Below, in pieces: positions 11,355-20,093 of a stretch of DNA of 64,000 nt (positions are counted from its first letter, which is position 1; each line of letters begins with the position of its first letter). Below the pieces are notes generated by a model. It saw nothing but the letters and a program-made list of their open reading frames with translations. It did no database searches and was not told where the DNA came from. Both the position numbers and the translations under genes were made by a program. Source of the DNA: Escherichia coli (GTDB taxonomy: Bacteria; Pseudomonadota; Gammaproteobacteria; Enterobacterales; Enterobacteriaceae); NCBI RefSeq assembly GCF_016026235.1, contig NZ_CP065613.1. The stretch is one strand, 5' to 3'.

Positions 11355-12452
11355 TTACACCGGAATATTCTCATCGTATCCTGCTTGTTGCGTTTCGTTT
11401 TGTGTTTGTGGATCCGGGAATGCATATTCAACGCCTTCCAGTTCAATCCATAGTGCATTACGACCAGCTTTGATTGTCGGCCAGTCCATACCTTTGATTC
11501 TTTCCCATGAGCGGGAGGTGAATGTTTTTTCCAGCAAATCAGCTTTTGCGCGTTTGGCGTCGTTACTGGTGCCCCCATGGTGCTTGTTGAGCAACTCGAT
11601 AATTTCATCAAGTGCGATTTCTTTTGCACGCTTTTCTTTTAGCCATGTCGGTGTACCGTCGTTGGCAAATAATTCACTGTTATCCCGTGAGGTATCGATG
11701 CCGAGGTGTTCACCTCCCAGGTTAAGAAACTCGATATGAGGAAGAAAGTTTTTAAATGTTGGGTTTGAAAATACCTGTCCATCAATACGGGTGGAGCGAT
11801 CTTTTAGTATTCTGGCGGTGCGCCACACCTGACCGGTTTCTATGTTCATTTGCTTCTCCATCTGGATCAGGATGGAGGGTTCATAACCGGTTTCTGTTTC
11901 TGCTTTCATTTTTATACCGGTTTTTGCCAACTGGCGTTTGCCATCATCACCTTCGAAAAAGTCATACTCATATCCTGCACGCCCGCACATAATAATGTGC
12001 GCCTGACTGTTAACAAATCGATCGGTAAAGCGTCGCCACTCCTGTTTGAGCCACGCCCAGTCTGAAAATTCCAGTCCTCGTTTACGGTTTCGGCGTCTGG
12101 CATACTCGTCGCATAATCCGGTCCAGAAGTGACTGATGGAGTCGATGATCATTACGGAACCGCTGCTTTCCGCTTCATTAATGGCTTCAAGCAGATCAAC
12201 AAACGAGCGGGTTTTTGCCGTAAATAATTCGATATTTTCCGCATCAAAGCGGGGTTTAACCCAGTCAGAGCCTGTTTCTGTGTCCAGAAACATTACCGGG
12301 CGGTTACCAGCTTCAATTCCCCGTTGCCGCATAAGCATTACCAGACCAATAGCCAGTTCGCTTGCTGTGTAGGTTTTGCCGTCGCCAGCAAACCCCATAA
12401 TTCCTGCTTTTAGATAGGCCTGTGTGTTTATTGCTCGTTGAAAAAGCGCCAT
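11355..12452 (-). CDS. RecA-fold P-loop ATPase, Sak4-like
   Basis: 365 aa; Walker A GFAGDGKTYTA and Walker-B-like VMIIDSISHFW; strong SD; sits in the recombination-module position next to int/xis. Confidence 0.55.
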   Translation of the reverse strand: MALFQRAINTQAYLKAGIMGFAGDGKTYTASELAIGLVMLMRQRGIEAGNRPVMFLDTETGSDWVKPRFDAENIELFTAKTRSFVDLLEAINEAESSGSVMIIDSISHFWTGLCDEYARRRNRKRGLEFSDWAWLKQEWRRFTDRFVNSQAHIIMCGRAGYEYDFFEGDDGKRQLAKTGIKMKAETETGYEPSILIQMEKQMNIETGQVWRTARILKDRSTRIDGQVFSNPTFKNFLPHIEFLNLGGEHLGIDTSRDNSELFANDGTPTWLKEKRAKEIALDEIIELLNKHHGGTSNDAKRAKADLLEKTFTSRSWERIKGMDWPTIKAGRNALWIELEGVEYAFPDPQTQNETQQAGYDENIPV

Positions 12453-12457
12453 AGATT

Positions 12458-12757
12458 TTAGTCCTCCAAATCAATATCAACCTGGTGGTGGGCAATGGTT
12501 TCAGCCATGTACCGGATGTGTTCTGCCATGCGCTCCTGAAACTCAACATCATCATCAAATGCGTGGCTGATTGCCTGTTTATTGGCACCGTGGCGTTGCA
12601 AATGGTCGATGCAGAGCGATTCAAACAGGTGCTGAGGCAGACCTTTTTCCAGGTCGTCCGCCAGTTCCGTTTCTTTTTCTTCACGAACGATCTGCTGGTA
12701 GTGGCGAGCCCATGCCATTTCTTCAATACGATCAAAAATCGGGTAAGCGCTCATCAC
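12458..12757 (-). CDS. Hypothetical acidic phage protein (99 aa)
   Basis: ORF only; translationally packed between the large early gene and the ATPase gene. Confidence 0.4.
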   Translation of the reverse strand: MMSAYPIFDRIEEMAWARHYQQIVREEKETELADDLEKGLPQHLFESLCIDHLQRHGANKQAISHAFDDDVEFQERMAEHIRYMAETIAHHQVDIDLED

Positions 12758-13106
12758 TGGTCACTCCAAAATTTTCAAGCTTGTTGGCAATCATCATTGC
12801 GATGTCAGGGATTGCAGGCGCATAGGCTATGCACGCAGGATTCGCACATAAACCGTAAACCGCCGCAATCAACACCTGTTTTTTCCAGTTGAGTTCATCT
12901 TCGCCAGTTTCATTATTGCTATCATTATGCTGATCGCTGCCAGCGTTCTCCGGTAACAAATCATCAGCTTTTCCGTTTTCTTCGGCTCTTCTTCCTGTGC
13001 TTCATCTGGTTTTTTTTCGTCAAAAGTTTCCTGATAAGTTGCGTCTCCCATCACCGCGCCACAGTCAGGGCAGTTATCCTCGCCAGTCTGATTGCAGGGT
13101 GTTCCC
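12732..13106 (-). pseudogene. C-terminal remnant of the large early-left gene, cut off by the IS10-like insertion and carrying a further frame break
   Basis: Reading from the target duplication at 13106 continues the 14401..15975 frame (…[16 protein letters not shown]…); switches to the -1 frame at a T4/A4 run near 12969..12979 and ends at 12732. Confidence 0.5.
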
Positions 13107-14400
13107 CTGAGGGATCCCCAGAAAATTTAGTAAACCATTATCATATTGGTATACCGTTGCTGTAGAACTTTCAGCCCTGCGTCAAGTGACAGTGTGTTTA
13201 GTATGAGTGGAGAATGTCGAATCACATTCTCCGCCAGTTTTAATAACGAGATGACTCGCCTGTGCTTCACTGTATTTGCCTGATATTTATGATGTATCCC
13301 TTTGTTTTCCAGGCTGAAACCGCTTAACCACATAATGATACTGGCTAATGTTGCGATCAGACTCAATACCGTGACCCGCCCGGATGAATGACTGGCACCA
13401 AACCGTAGTCCAAATCCCCAGCGAGGATTTTTTTCATCCCTGAAATTTTGCTCAATTTGCATTCTACGGCTGTATAATTTCATTACCTGTTTTGGCGAGA
13501 ACTCAGTACTGTTTGTGAAAATAAACCATGGTGATTTCCCGGCAGTACGAGCTTTAGCCGTCACCGATGGTCTGGTTGCTCTTTCCTTCGAGCGTTTAAA
13601 TCTACGACCTTTAGGCTTACTTTTATAAAGATAAAAATGCCCTTCATGTTGTGCATTTTTATCTCGACCCAGCAGGCCTTCACCTAAATAAATTGCTGTC
13701 GTTGATGCTTTTGTGCCTGAGTCCGACACCTTTTCCCAGCCATTACCAACATTGTAATAATGATTGCCCAGTACCCGGCAAATATAGGTCCAGCCACGGG
13801 AGCGGAGCTGTTGGAACCATCGCCCCTGAAAACCGGCATCTGTAATAACAATGACATCAGTCCCGGGGGAAAAGCACTCAGCAAGCGATTCCAGAAAACG
13901 CTCATGTACATCTGCATTCGCTGTCTGTGATGATGGAACGACACAACTCATCAACGGTAAAGAACGCCCGTCACATGCCAGGCTTGCCCGCAAAAGCTGA
14001 AAACGAGAGGCATGATAAGCACTCCAGTCAATGAGTATCACAACACGAGACATTCCCCGCGTAATCTTTTGGGTAATTCGCTGAAAAATGGTGGAAACCT
14101 CATTTTGCAAATGTCGATTCCCCAACAGTCGATCCACCCGCTTTATTTTGTTTTTAACTGATGCCGTACCGGTTAAATGACGCCCGATACTGGTAAGTGT
14201 GAGGGAAGCGCCATTTATTACAGCATTAGTTGCGTCAATCAGTGATTTTTGACGGTAAAGATGCAAAGGGGCCAGTATGTTGTTAAGGAAATTTTGGCAT
14301 AATGAACGTGCAGGCATAGTGGTGATCTCCTTGAAATTGTTAGCACAATCAATTAGATCACATCTCACTATGCCTGTCTTGTTTTCTGGGGATTCCTCAG
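13107..14400. mobile_element. IS10-like insertion sequence (IS4 family), 1294 bp
   Basis: Ends CTGAGGGATCCCCAGAAAA / TTTTCTGGGGATTCCTCAG (about 22-bp imperfect inverted repeats, IS10-like CTGA termini); flanked by direct repeat GGGTGTTCCC at 13097..13106 and 14401..14410. Confidence 0.8.
13127..14317 (-). CDS. IS10-like transposase (DDE, IS4 family)
   Basis: Blocks resembling IS10 transposase as I recall it: KRVDRLLGNRHL, VILIDWS, ITDAGFQGRWF, YSRRMQIEQNFRDEK, QANTVKHRRV; ORF extends to 14368. Confidence 0.8.
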   Translation of the reverse strand: MPARSLCQNFLNNILAPLHLYRQKSLIDATNAVINGASLTLTSIGRHLTGTASVKNKIKRVDRLLGNRHLQNEVSTIFQRITQKITRGMSRVVILIDWSAYHASRFQLLRASLACDGRSLPLMSCVVPSSQTANADVHERFLESLAECFSPGTDVIVITDAGFQGRWFQQLRSRGWTYICRVLGNHYYNVGNGWEKVSDSGTKASTTAIYLGEGLLGRDKNAQHEGHFYLYKSKPKGRRFKRSKERATRPSVTAKARTAGKSPWFIFTNSTEFSPKQVMKLYSRRMQIEQNFRDEKNPRWGFGLRFGASHSSGRVTVLSLIATLASIIMWLSGFSLENKGIHHKYQANTVKHRRVISLLKLAENVIRHSPLILNTLSLDAGLKVLQQRYTNMIMVY

Positions 14401-15975
14401 GGGTGTTCCCTCCTCCGGTTCGCTGTTCTGGTGCTGTTTATCTTCAGTCTGTCGCACTTCATTTTCCGTTTTTTTGACTTCATTTGAGGAGATATGATGA
14501 CCGGGAATCCATTTCGGATCATTCGGGTCGCTAATCCCTTCAACAAATTCTCCGCGAGAGGCAGCCAGTAATTTGTCTGCATCGACAGGATTTTTGGGCG
14601 GAATGTTTTTCCGGGCTTCATGGAGTTCTGCCCGCAGTTCCTGATATTTCTCATCAACAGCATTTACCTGTGACTGAGCATCCAGCGGCTGCGTGTCCTG
14701 ATGATGTTCAGTTGCATCCGGTTCCACTGTTTCAGCCGTTGCCTGTTCATCTGCCATTGCGCAAGATGGTTGCGGTTTTTCTTCATCATCCTGTTTTCCT
14801 TCTTCTGTTACTCGCTGCGGCATCGGGGCAGAGGAGCGACCGCAGGCAATATCCACGATTTCCGGATCAGGGTTGGCATGATCGGTTTCAGTCAGTACCT
14901 TGTTCAGATATTCAGTGACGTGCGCGGGGATGACCTCGATACCAATCGGTGCTTCTTTCACTGACGCAACCACGATGGCGCGGGAATAATCCATCCCGCC
15001 AGGCATGGTGATGAATTTGTCGCGGAAAACAGAAAAGGGCGGTTTATTTTCAGTGATAATTTCCTCAATGCGTTTAGCGTGTGCCGGATGAAGATTATAA
15101 ATATCCACGTCCATTGAACGGGCCAGTACGCCAGTGGCTACGTCGCGCGCCAGCGACGTCAGATCGTGGACGAAACCTTCGCCGCGATCGGTGAGGTTCC
15201 CGCCGCCAGCATTAGCACCGGAAGCCGTGCGAGTGATACGCGAAACACGATTTCCTTTCATCCACTCTTTTGTCAGCAGACCGCGATCGGTGTAGTTGGC
15301 ATCCAGATATGCTTCGAAAAAAGCAGTCATCAGTCCCAGATTTGAATTGCCAGGATTAGGGAAAACTTTGTCAGTATCACGCACGAGTTTGTGGAGGTCG
15401 CGAATCTCCAGCGGGTCGAGCAGACTGGTTTTATGCGAAACAGCCAGAGCAGTAACAGCCGGTAGTTCTTCATCCCGAGCAATGTGTAATGCCTGGAGTT
15501 CGTCGCGTGAAACGTGCGTTACCGGTTTTTCGCTGCCGTGTTGCGCAAGCCAACGAATGGGCAGTTCCTGACCGGAAACTGGCAGGAGCATGTTCTCCTC
15601 AATTTCTGTCATGTCTTCGCCGTTGACGTTGGTATTGTCAGTGCTGGCTGGTTTGTCCTGAACAGAGGGAGAAGATGCGATAAATACCATTGTGATGCCA
15701 TCTTCCCCGCCTTTTTCGTAACGGTTGCAGAATTCCGTATCAAACACGCCTTCTGGTGGGAGGTCATCAACAACGGGCAAATTGACGCGAACAGGTTTTT
15801 TAAAGTCATCTTCATCGTAGCCAGCATCGTCAATCGCAACAGCACCACGGGAGATGGCAATGGATAATTTTTTCGCTTCAGCCCAGTAAAAACCGCCTTT
15901 AATACCGAGGCGTTTTCTTACTTTGTCATTTTTTGCTTCGTAATACAGTGGGTAAACTTGTTTATCGGTGCTCAT
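14401..15975 (-). CDS. Large acidic early-left phage protein, 3' end truncated by the IS insertion
   Basis: 535-aa ORF whose last 10 codons plus stop (14368..14400) are IS-derived; original product about 650 aa; no P-loop or other motif recognised. Confidence 0.5.
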
Positions 15976-15998
15976 TGTTTTTTAACCTCAACTCATAT

Positions 15999-16295
15999 TC
16001 AGATTGCATAAAAGAAACGAACTGATGATGCGATATGAGAGAGTTCTTTCAGTCGTTGATAACTGATACCGTATTTCTTGTCAGCCTCTTCAATGCGAGC
16101 TGTGAGTAATGCAATTTCTTTAATGGCACATACACAACAATCAAATGTTCCCAGAACGTAACCGTCATCAATAATTACCGTGACGTTTTCTTTTTGGGAA
16201 ATCTGAATGAAACTATGTAATGTATTCCCACATTTAAATTCGGCGAGAGAATCGTTAATAACATCAAGTTCAATTTCACATTCAATAATGCTCAT
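15999..16295 (-). CDS. Hypothetical phage protein (98 aa)
   Basis: ATG preceded by AGGAAACA; ORF-track version begins upstream at 16343. Confidence 0.4.
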   Translation of the reverse strand: MSIIECEIELDVINDSLAEFKCGNTLHSFIQISQKENVTVIIDDGYVLGTFDCCVCAIKEIALLTARIEEADKKYGISYQRLKELSHIASSVRFFYAI

Positions 16296-16369
16296 TGCTG
16301 TTTCCTTTTTTAAGGTTGAGTGAATCCCTGCCATTGCTGGCATAAATTCAGTTTCGAATATTCAGTTAA

Positions 16370-16657
16370 TTAAAGTTCGTGTGCCATCTTGTCTTTTTCG
16401 GCACAAGCTGCACTGCAATATTTTCGTTTCTTTCTGGCAATCATGTTTCCATGCATATAAATAAGCTCGCCAGTAAAAGCTTTTTCAGGTAAAAACTGTT
16501 TATTGCAGAGATGGTAATCACATTGTATTAAATCCAGGTCACCTTTTTGCTGGAGAATTTTTCTGATTCTCCACAGCCATTTTTTAATCCCGGTATGACT
16601 GATGGTCTGCCTGAGGGCAGGTGTAAAACAATAATCAAGCATGGGGTTCATATCCAT
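16370..16657 (-). CDS. Hypothetical Cys-rich phage protein (95 aa)
   Basis: ORF with several Cys pairs (CDYHLC…CSAAC). Confidence 0.35.
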   Translation of the reverse strand: MDMNPMLDYCFTPALRQTISHTGIKKWLWRIRKILQQKGDLDLIQCDYHLCNKQFLPEKAFTGELIYMHGNMIARKKRKYCSAACAEKDKMAHEL

Positions 16658-16667
16658 AGCTCCATTT

Positions 16668-17213
16668 TTATTTTAAGGAAAGCAACTGCTCTACGGTCAT
16701 GTTTTTAATTGCGCCCCGGTTTACAAGAGTCCAGCCCTGTTTTTCCAGATAAAACCGGAAAGTCTCCAGGGTACAGACCAGTGCGCCATCAGGAACGGTT
16801 TCGGTGAATTCGACATTGCCGAATTTGTCGAAGTGAACAACCAGAGTGCGACCATCACCCGGAATCATCTTGTCAGCAGGTGGGGTGTTATTCTGGCGCA
16901 GTTCGGCCTCCATGCGGTCGAACTCAGCAATGTAGGCTTCCTTGAATGTGGCGGCTTTTTTGCCCGTGAAGCCCATCACCAGGAAAACGAAGCCGTTTTT
17001 GGTGATTTGGTAGGCGTTATAAGAATTGCCGCGGTGTTCGAATTTAACCCGCGAAAAGTTGCTGGTTAAAAATAGTTCAGAACATTCGAGGGATTCTATT
17101 TTTTGAACAACATGGTGATGCTGCTTGCCAAAAAACTCAGCAATCGAAATAGAAGTAGTGACGGCGCGACCATTTTCGATGGTTACGTCAGGGTGAGAAA
17201 GGGTAGTAGCCAT
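16668..17213 (-). CDS. Rha-family phage regulatory protein / antirepressor-like
   Basis: MATTLSHPDVTIENGRAVTTSISIAEFFGKQHHHVVQKIESL… resembles the Rha N-terminal domain; GAGGA 7 nt upstream of this Met; the ORF extension to 17507 contains a terminator. Confidence 0.55.
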   Translation of the reverse strand: MATTLSHPDVTIENGRAVTTSISIAEFFGKQHHHVVQKIESLECSELFLTSNFSRVKFEHRGNSYNAYQITKNGFVFLVMGFTGKKAATFKEAYIAEFDRMEAELRQNNTPPADKMIPGDGRTLVVHFDKFGNVEFTETVPDGALVCTLETFRFYLEKQGWTLVNRGAIKNMTVEQLLSLK

Positions 17214-17378
17214 AATGACATCCTCAAGTGATAAGTTAATTAACTCACCAGCAGAGGTGCTAATCTCATGGGTGGTGAGACGCACAGGGTTAGCACTACC
17301 GGTCACTCGAGAACCCGGCCAGCCTTGCGGCTGCCCCGCACGCCTCACCATAATTTGAATGTGGCTGTGCATTACGCA

Positions 17379-17402
17379 TAAAAAAACCGCTTCAGCGCGG
17401 TT
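17379..17402 (-). terminator. Rho-independent terminator (minus strand)
   Basis: Minus-strand read AACCGCGCTGAAGCGGTTTTTTT; lies inside the upstream extension of the Rha ORF. Confidence 0.45.
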
Positions 17403-17529
17403 ATGCGCTCGAGTAACTTTCGGGGTGCTAATCCCGGCACCCGTTTTATGAGGTGCAGGTGCACTATAATTCCACCCGTTCTGGTTTTCAATAGCTACAT
17501 TCAACATTTTCTCTTTCCTTTCATCACCG

Positions 17530-17684
17530 AAGTGAATTTTGTGATGCGGTGCCTGGTGCCTCCAGGTGACGTTAACCAGTTAACAATTACAGTCGGCTTT
17601 CCCACCCAAAACAATAAGGACTAACATGACTTTTAACTGTGCCGCGTGCGCTTAGCCGCATTCACCGCATCACAAAATTCACTT
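17530..17684. repeat. 22-bp perfect inverted repeats flanking a 111-bp spacer
   Basis: AAGTGAATTTTGTGATGCGGTG at 17530..17551 and its exact reverse complement at 17663..17684; the spacer holds its own palindrome GTTAACCAGTTAAC. Confidence 0.6.
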
Positions 17685-17920
17685 TAAAAAGGGCGGACAT
17701 CAGCCAGCAATTAAACCGATGCCGCCAACTGGTACTTCACACAGCAATGTCGTTATTTACAACCGGAAGCGCACTCCCACCATTTAAATTTCACAGACAA
17801 GACCGACTCTTTATGAATACCGGAAATGCGCCTTCGTGTTGTGCCCGGTTTTATTTCACCACCTCCGGGCTTTGGTGGTATCTTTACTGAAGTTCTCACA
17901 CAACCAGTAAGGAAATGAAT

Positions 17921-18238
17921 ATGCCAACGTATCTCGCCAGAGTAGAACTATATAATGCTGAGCCAGAGGATTACGAAGGGCTTCATAAATATATGCTCTC
18001 ACTAGGATTCAGGAGAACGATCCCCCATGGAGATGGTTCGTATAATCAACTCCCGGACGGAACTTATGTTTCCGAAAAGGGCGGTGATATTTATCAAATT
18101 CGCAGCCAGATATCTGACTATGCAGACCGACTATCCGGGTATCGCGCGTCTGTTTTGTTTGCGAATTCAGTCAATGCGCATGGTATTTATACCCCGCCAA
18201 GACCCGGTGAATATCCTGCACGGCCTTCTGCTTTGTAG
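17921..18238 (+). CDS. Hypothetical 105-aa protein encoded against the direction of the early-left operon
   Basis: AAGGA SD 7 nt before ATG at 17921; MPTYLARVELYNAEPEDYEGLHKYMLSLGF…; converges on the ydaF-like gene. Confidence 0.5.
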   Translation: MPTYLARVELYNAEPEDYEGLHKYMLSLGFRRTIPHGDGSYNQLPDGTYVSEKGGDIYQIRSQISDYADRLSGYRASVLFANSVNAHGIYTPPRPGEYPARPSAL

Positions 18239-18390
18239 AAGGCTTCTTCGCTATCATAATCGCCAGATTCCAGCGCTTCTTTAGCCAGCCAGATGCGTGC
18301 CCCAGTGCCTGCATTTGGCTCCAGTTGCTGGAGGCGTTTTGCATCTTCTAGGAGTAGAGCGATAACGTGTTTTAATTCTGTCTCGTTCAT
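18187..18390 (-). CDS. Small phage protein, YdaF-like by position
   Basis: 67-aa ORF from the internal ATG with SD GGTGAG; sits where Rac has ydaF; family assignment is by position only. Confidence 0.4.
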   Translation of the reverse strand: MNETELKHVIALLLEDAKRLQQLEPNAGTGARIWLAKEALESGDYDSEEAFYKAEGRAGYSPGLGGV

Positions 18391-18391
18391 T

Positions 18392-18547
18392 TTACTCACC
18401 TGAATGTCTTCCCAACCAACGACGTGCGCCAGCTTCGGTTTTAAACGTTTTGCTTTTGGTATACGTCATGGCGGTGAATGTGCCGTCTTGATTGGGAAAC
18501 ACGCCACATACCAGAGATTCGTTGTTGCCAAGATCGATAGTATTCAT
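18392..18547 (-). CDS. Small phage protein, YdaG/YdfA-like
   Basis: 51 aa MNTIDLGNNESLVCGVFPNQDGTFTAMTYTKSKTFKTEAGARRWLGRHSGE, resembling small early-left proteins of Rac/Qin as I recall them. Confidence 0.45.
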   Translation of the reverse strand: MNTIDLGNNESLVCGVFPNQDGTFTAMTYTKSKTFKTEAGARRWLGRHSGE

Positions 18548-18744
18548 GTTGACCCCATTTCCCCTTAACGCCGGGTGGCGGAACGTTTTATCTACTGCGC
18601 TTTGTATCAATCAACAACTGCCGTCATGTTCGTATGCCTCAGGCTGGCTACTTAGCCCTGTTCAGTGACTGGATAACTCGAGGTATTGTCCTGCCGTTCT
18701 CTGGTGGGGCGTTGTTTGGATATGCTTATTAAACACAATTTGTT

Positions 18745-18775
18745 TTCTTATGTCAACACGTAATGTGTTTTATGG
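18745..18775 (-). promoter_or_regulatory. Candidate early-left (pL-like) promoter with operator AACAC-N5-GTGTT
   Basis: Minus-strand TTGACA, 17-bp spacer, TTTAAT; overlapping half-sites at 18755..18769. Confidence 0.4.
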
Positions 18776-18799
18776 TGGGTGTCATATGATGATGCTACA

Positions 18800-18830
18800 A
18801 AAAAGCCCGCTGATAGCGGGCTGATTGGCA
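18800..18830 (-). terminator. Rho-independent terminator downstream of the repressor gene (minus strand)
   Basis: Minus-strand hairpin CAGCCCGCTATCAGCGGGCT followed by TTTTTT. Confidence 0.45.
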
Positions 18831-18852
18831 TATTACTGTGATAGCAAGATCA

Positions 18853-19272
18853 TTATTCCGGTGGGGGATTATCTTTAATCCTGCCTCTCAAATATTTTTC
18901 TACATACTCATCGATTTCTTTTAGCCGGACTTCAAATAGCTCAATCATTCGTTGTTGTTCTGAGCCCGGTAGCTGGTTAAACAACTCAAGAAGTTTTCGT
19001 TGGGATTCATTTAACCACAATTCAGAAGATTCCTGTTCTCCAAAGAGGAGCTCAGGAGGAGATATGCCAAGTGCCTTTCCCAATACGACAGCGTCATGTA
19101 CTCCAACATTTCTGCTGCCCGCCTCATAGTTACCTATACGCGATTGCGTCCATCCGCAGATTTCAGCAAGTTTTCCTTGAGATAAACCAAGCTTCTGCCT
19201 GCGCTCTTTAAGACGCATTGCAATTTTGTCATTGAGCCTACTAGCGGCAATTTTTTCGTTTTCTTTTTCCAT
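18853..19272 (-). CDS. Prophage repressor (HTH, CI/RacR-like)
   Basis: 139 aa; N-terminal XRE-type HTH (LGLSQGKLAEICGWTQSRIGNYEAG); divergent from a Cro-like gene. Confidence 0.7.
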   Translation of the reverse strand: MEKENEKIAASRLNDKIAMRLKERRQKLGLSQGKLAEICGWTQSRIGNYEAGSRNVGVHDAVVLGKALGISPPELLFGEQESSELWLNESQRKLLELFNQLPGSEQQRMIELFEVRLKEIDEYVEKYLRGRIKDNPPPE

Positions 19273-19283
19273 TGCATCCTTGT

Positions 19284-19298
19284 ATCACGAATCGTGAT
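19284..19298. promoter_or_regulatory. Perfect 15-bp palindrome ATCACGAATCGTGAT in the repressor/cro intergenic region
   Basis: Directly upstream of the repressor start codon. Confidence 0.35.
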
Positions 19299-19318
19299 TT
19301 ACATAAAACACAAAACAG

Positions 19319-19351
19319 CTTGACTATATAACACAAGGTGTGTTTAAAATT
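19319..19351 (+). promoter_or_regulatory. Candidate pR-like promoter with operator AACAC-N5-GTGTT
   Basis: TTGACT, 17-bp spacer containing AACACAAGGTGTGTT (19330..19344), then TAAAAT; same half-sites as at 18755..18769. Confidence 0.45.
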
Positions 19352-19368
19352 GTCATCGGAGGTTTTCA

Positions 19369-19611
19369 ATGAACAAAATTTCAACATATCGAAAACAGCT
19401 TGGGCTGTCTCAAAGACAACTTGCTGTTCAGTTAGGGTGGATACAAAGCCGACTGGCAAATTACGAAGCAAATTTTCGTACCCCTGGACTAGAGGAGTGC
19501 AGAAAAATTGTTTCTACCCTTAATCGGCTTGGCGCTCATTGTGGACTTGACGATGTATTCCCCCCAGACGGTAAGCATAGCGAAAACAGCATAGGAGCGG
19601 TTGATTCATGA
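19369..19611 (+). CDS. Cro-like HTH regulator (YdaS-like position)
   Basis: 80 aa with HTH (LGLSQRQLAVQLGWIQSRLANYE); first gene of the rightward operon. Confidence 0.6.
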   Translation: MNKISTYRKQLGLSQRQLAVQLGWIQSRLANYEANFRTPGLEECRKIVSTLNRLGAHCGLDDVFPPDGKHSENSIGAVDS

Positions 19612-20030
19612 AAATCAGGCATGAGCACATCGAATCAGTGTTGTTAGCCCTGGCAGCCGAAAAAGGGCAGGCGTGGGTCGCTAACGCAATTACTGAAGAA
19701 TATCTGCGCCAGGGGGGAGGTGAATTGTCTCTGACACCAGGCAAGGACTGGAATAATCAGCAGAACATCTATCATCGTTGGTTAAAAGGTGAAACGAAAG
19801 CGCAAAGGGAAAAAATTCAGAAACTGATCCCTGCGGTTCTGGCAATTCTTCCGCGCGAGCTGCGTCACCGACTCTGCATCTTCGATACCCTGGAACGCCG
19901 TGCATTACTGGCGGCGCAGGAAGCGTTGAGTACGGCAATTGATGCGCATGATGATGCAGTCCAGGCCGTTTACCGGAAAGCGCATTTCAGCGGCGGCGGG
20001 TCTTCCGACGATTCTGTCATTGTTCATTAA
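19608..20030 (+). CDS. YdaT-like protein (CII-position regulator)
   Basis: 140 aa, same length and position as Rac YdaT; 4-nt overlap with the cro-like gene. Confidence 0.55.
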   Translation: MKIRHEHIESVLLALAAEKGQAWVANAITEEYLRQGGGELSLTPGKDWNNQQNIYHRWLKGETKAQREKIQKLIPAVLAILPRELRHRLCIFDTLERRALLAAQEALSTAIDAHDDAVQAVYRKAHFSGGGSSDDSVIVH

Positions 20031-20093
20031 GCAAAAGTTTCCATGCTGTTTGTGCTTATTCTAAGCAACCGGGCAGCATCATACGGGGCAATT

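Noticed and set aside
17214-17507. N-terminal 98-aa extension of the Rha-like ORF
   Set aside because: Contains a minus-strand terminator hairpin and has odd composition; a good SD and Met occur at 17213.
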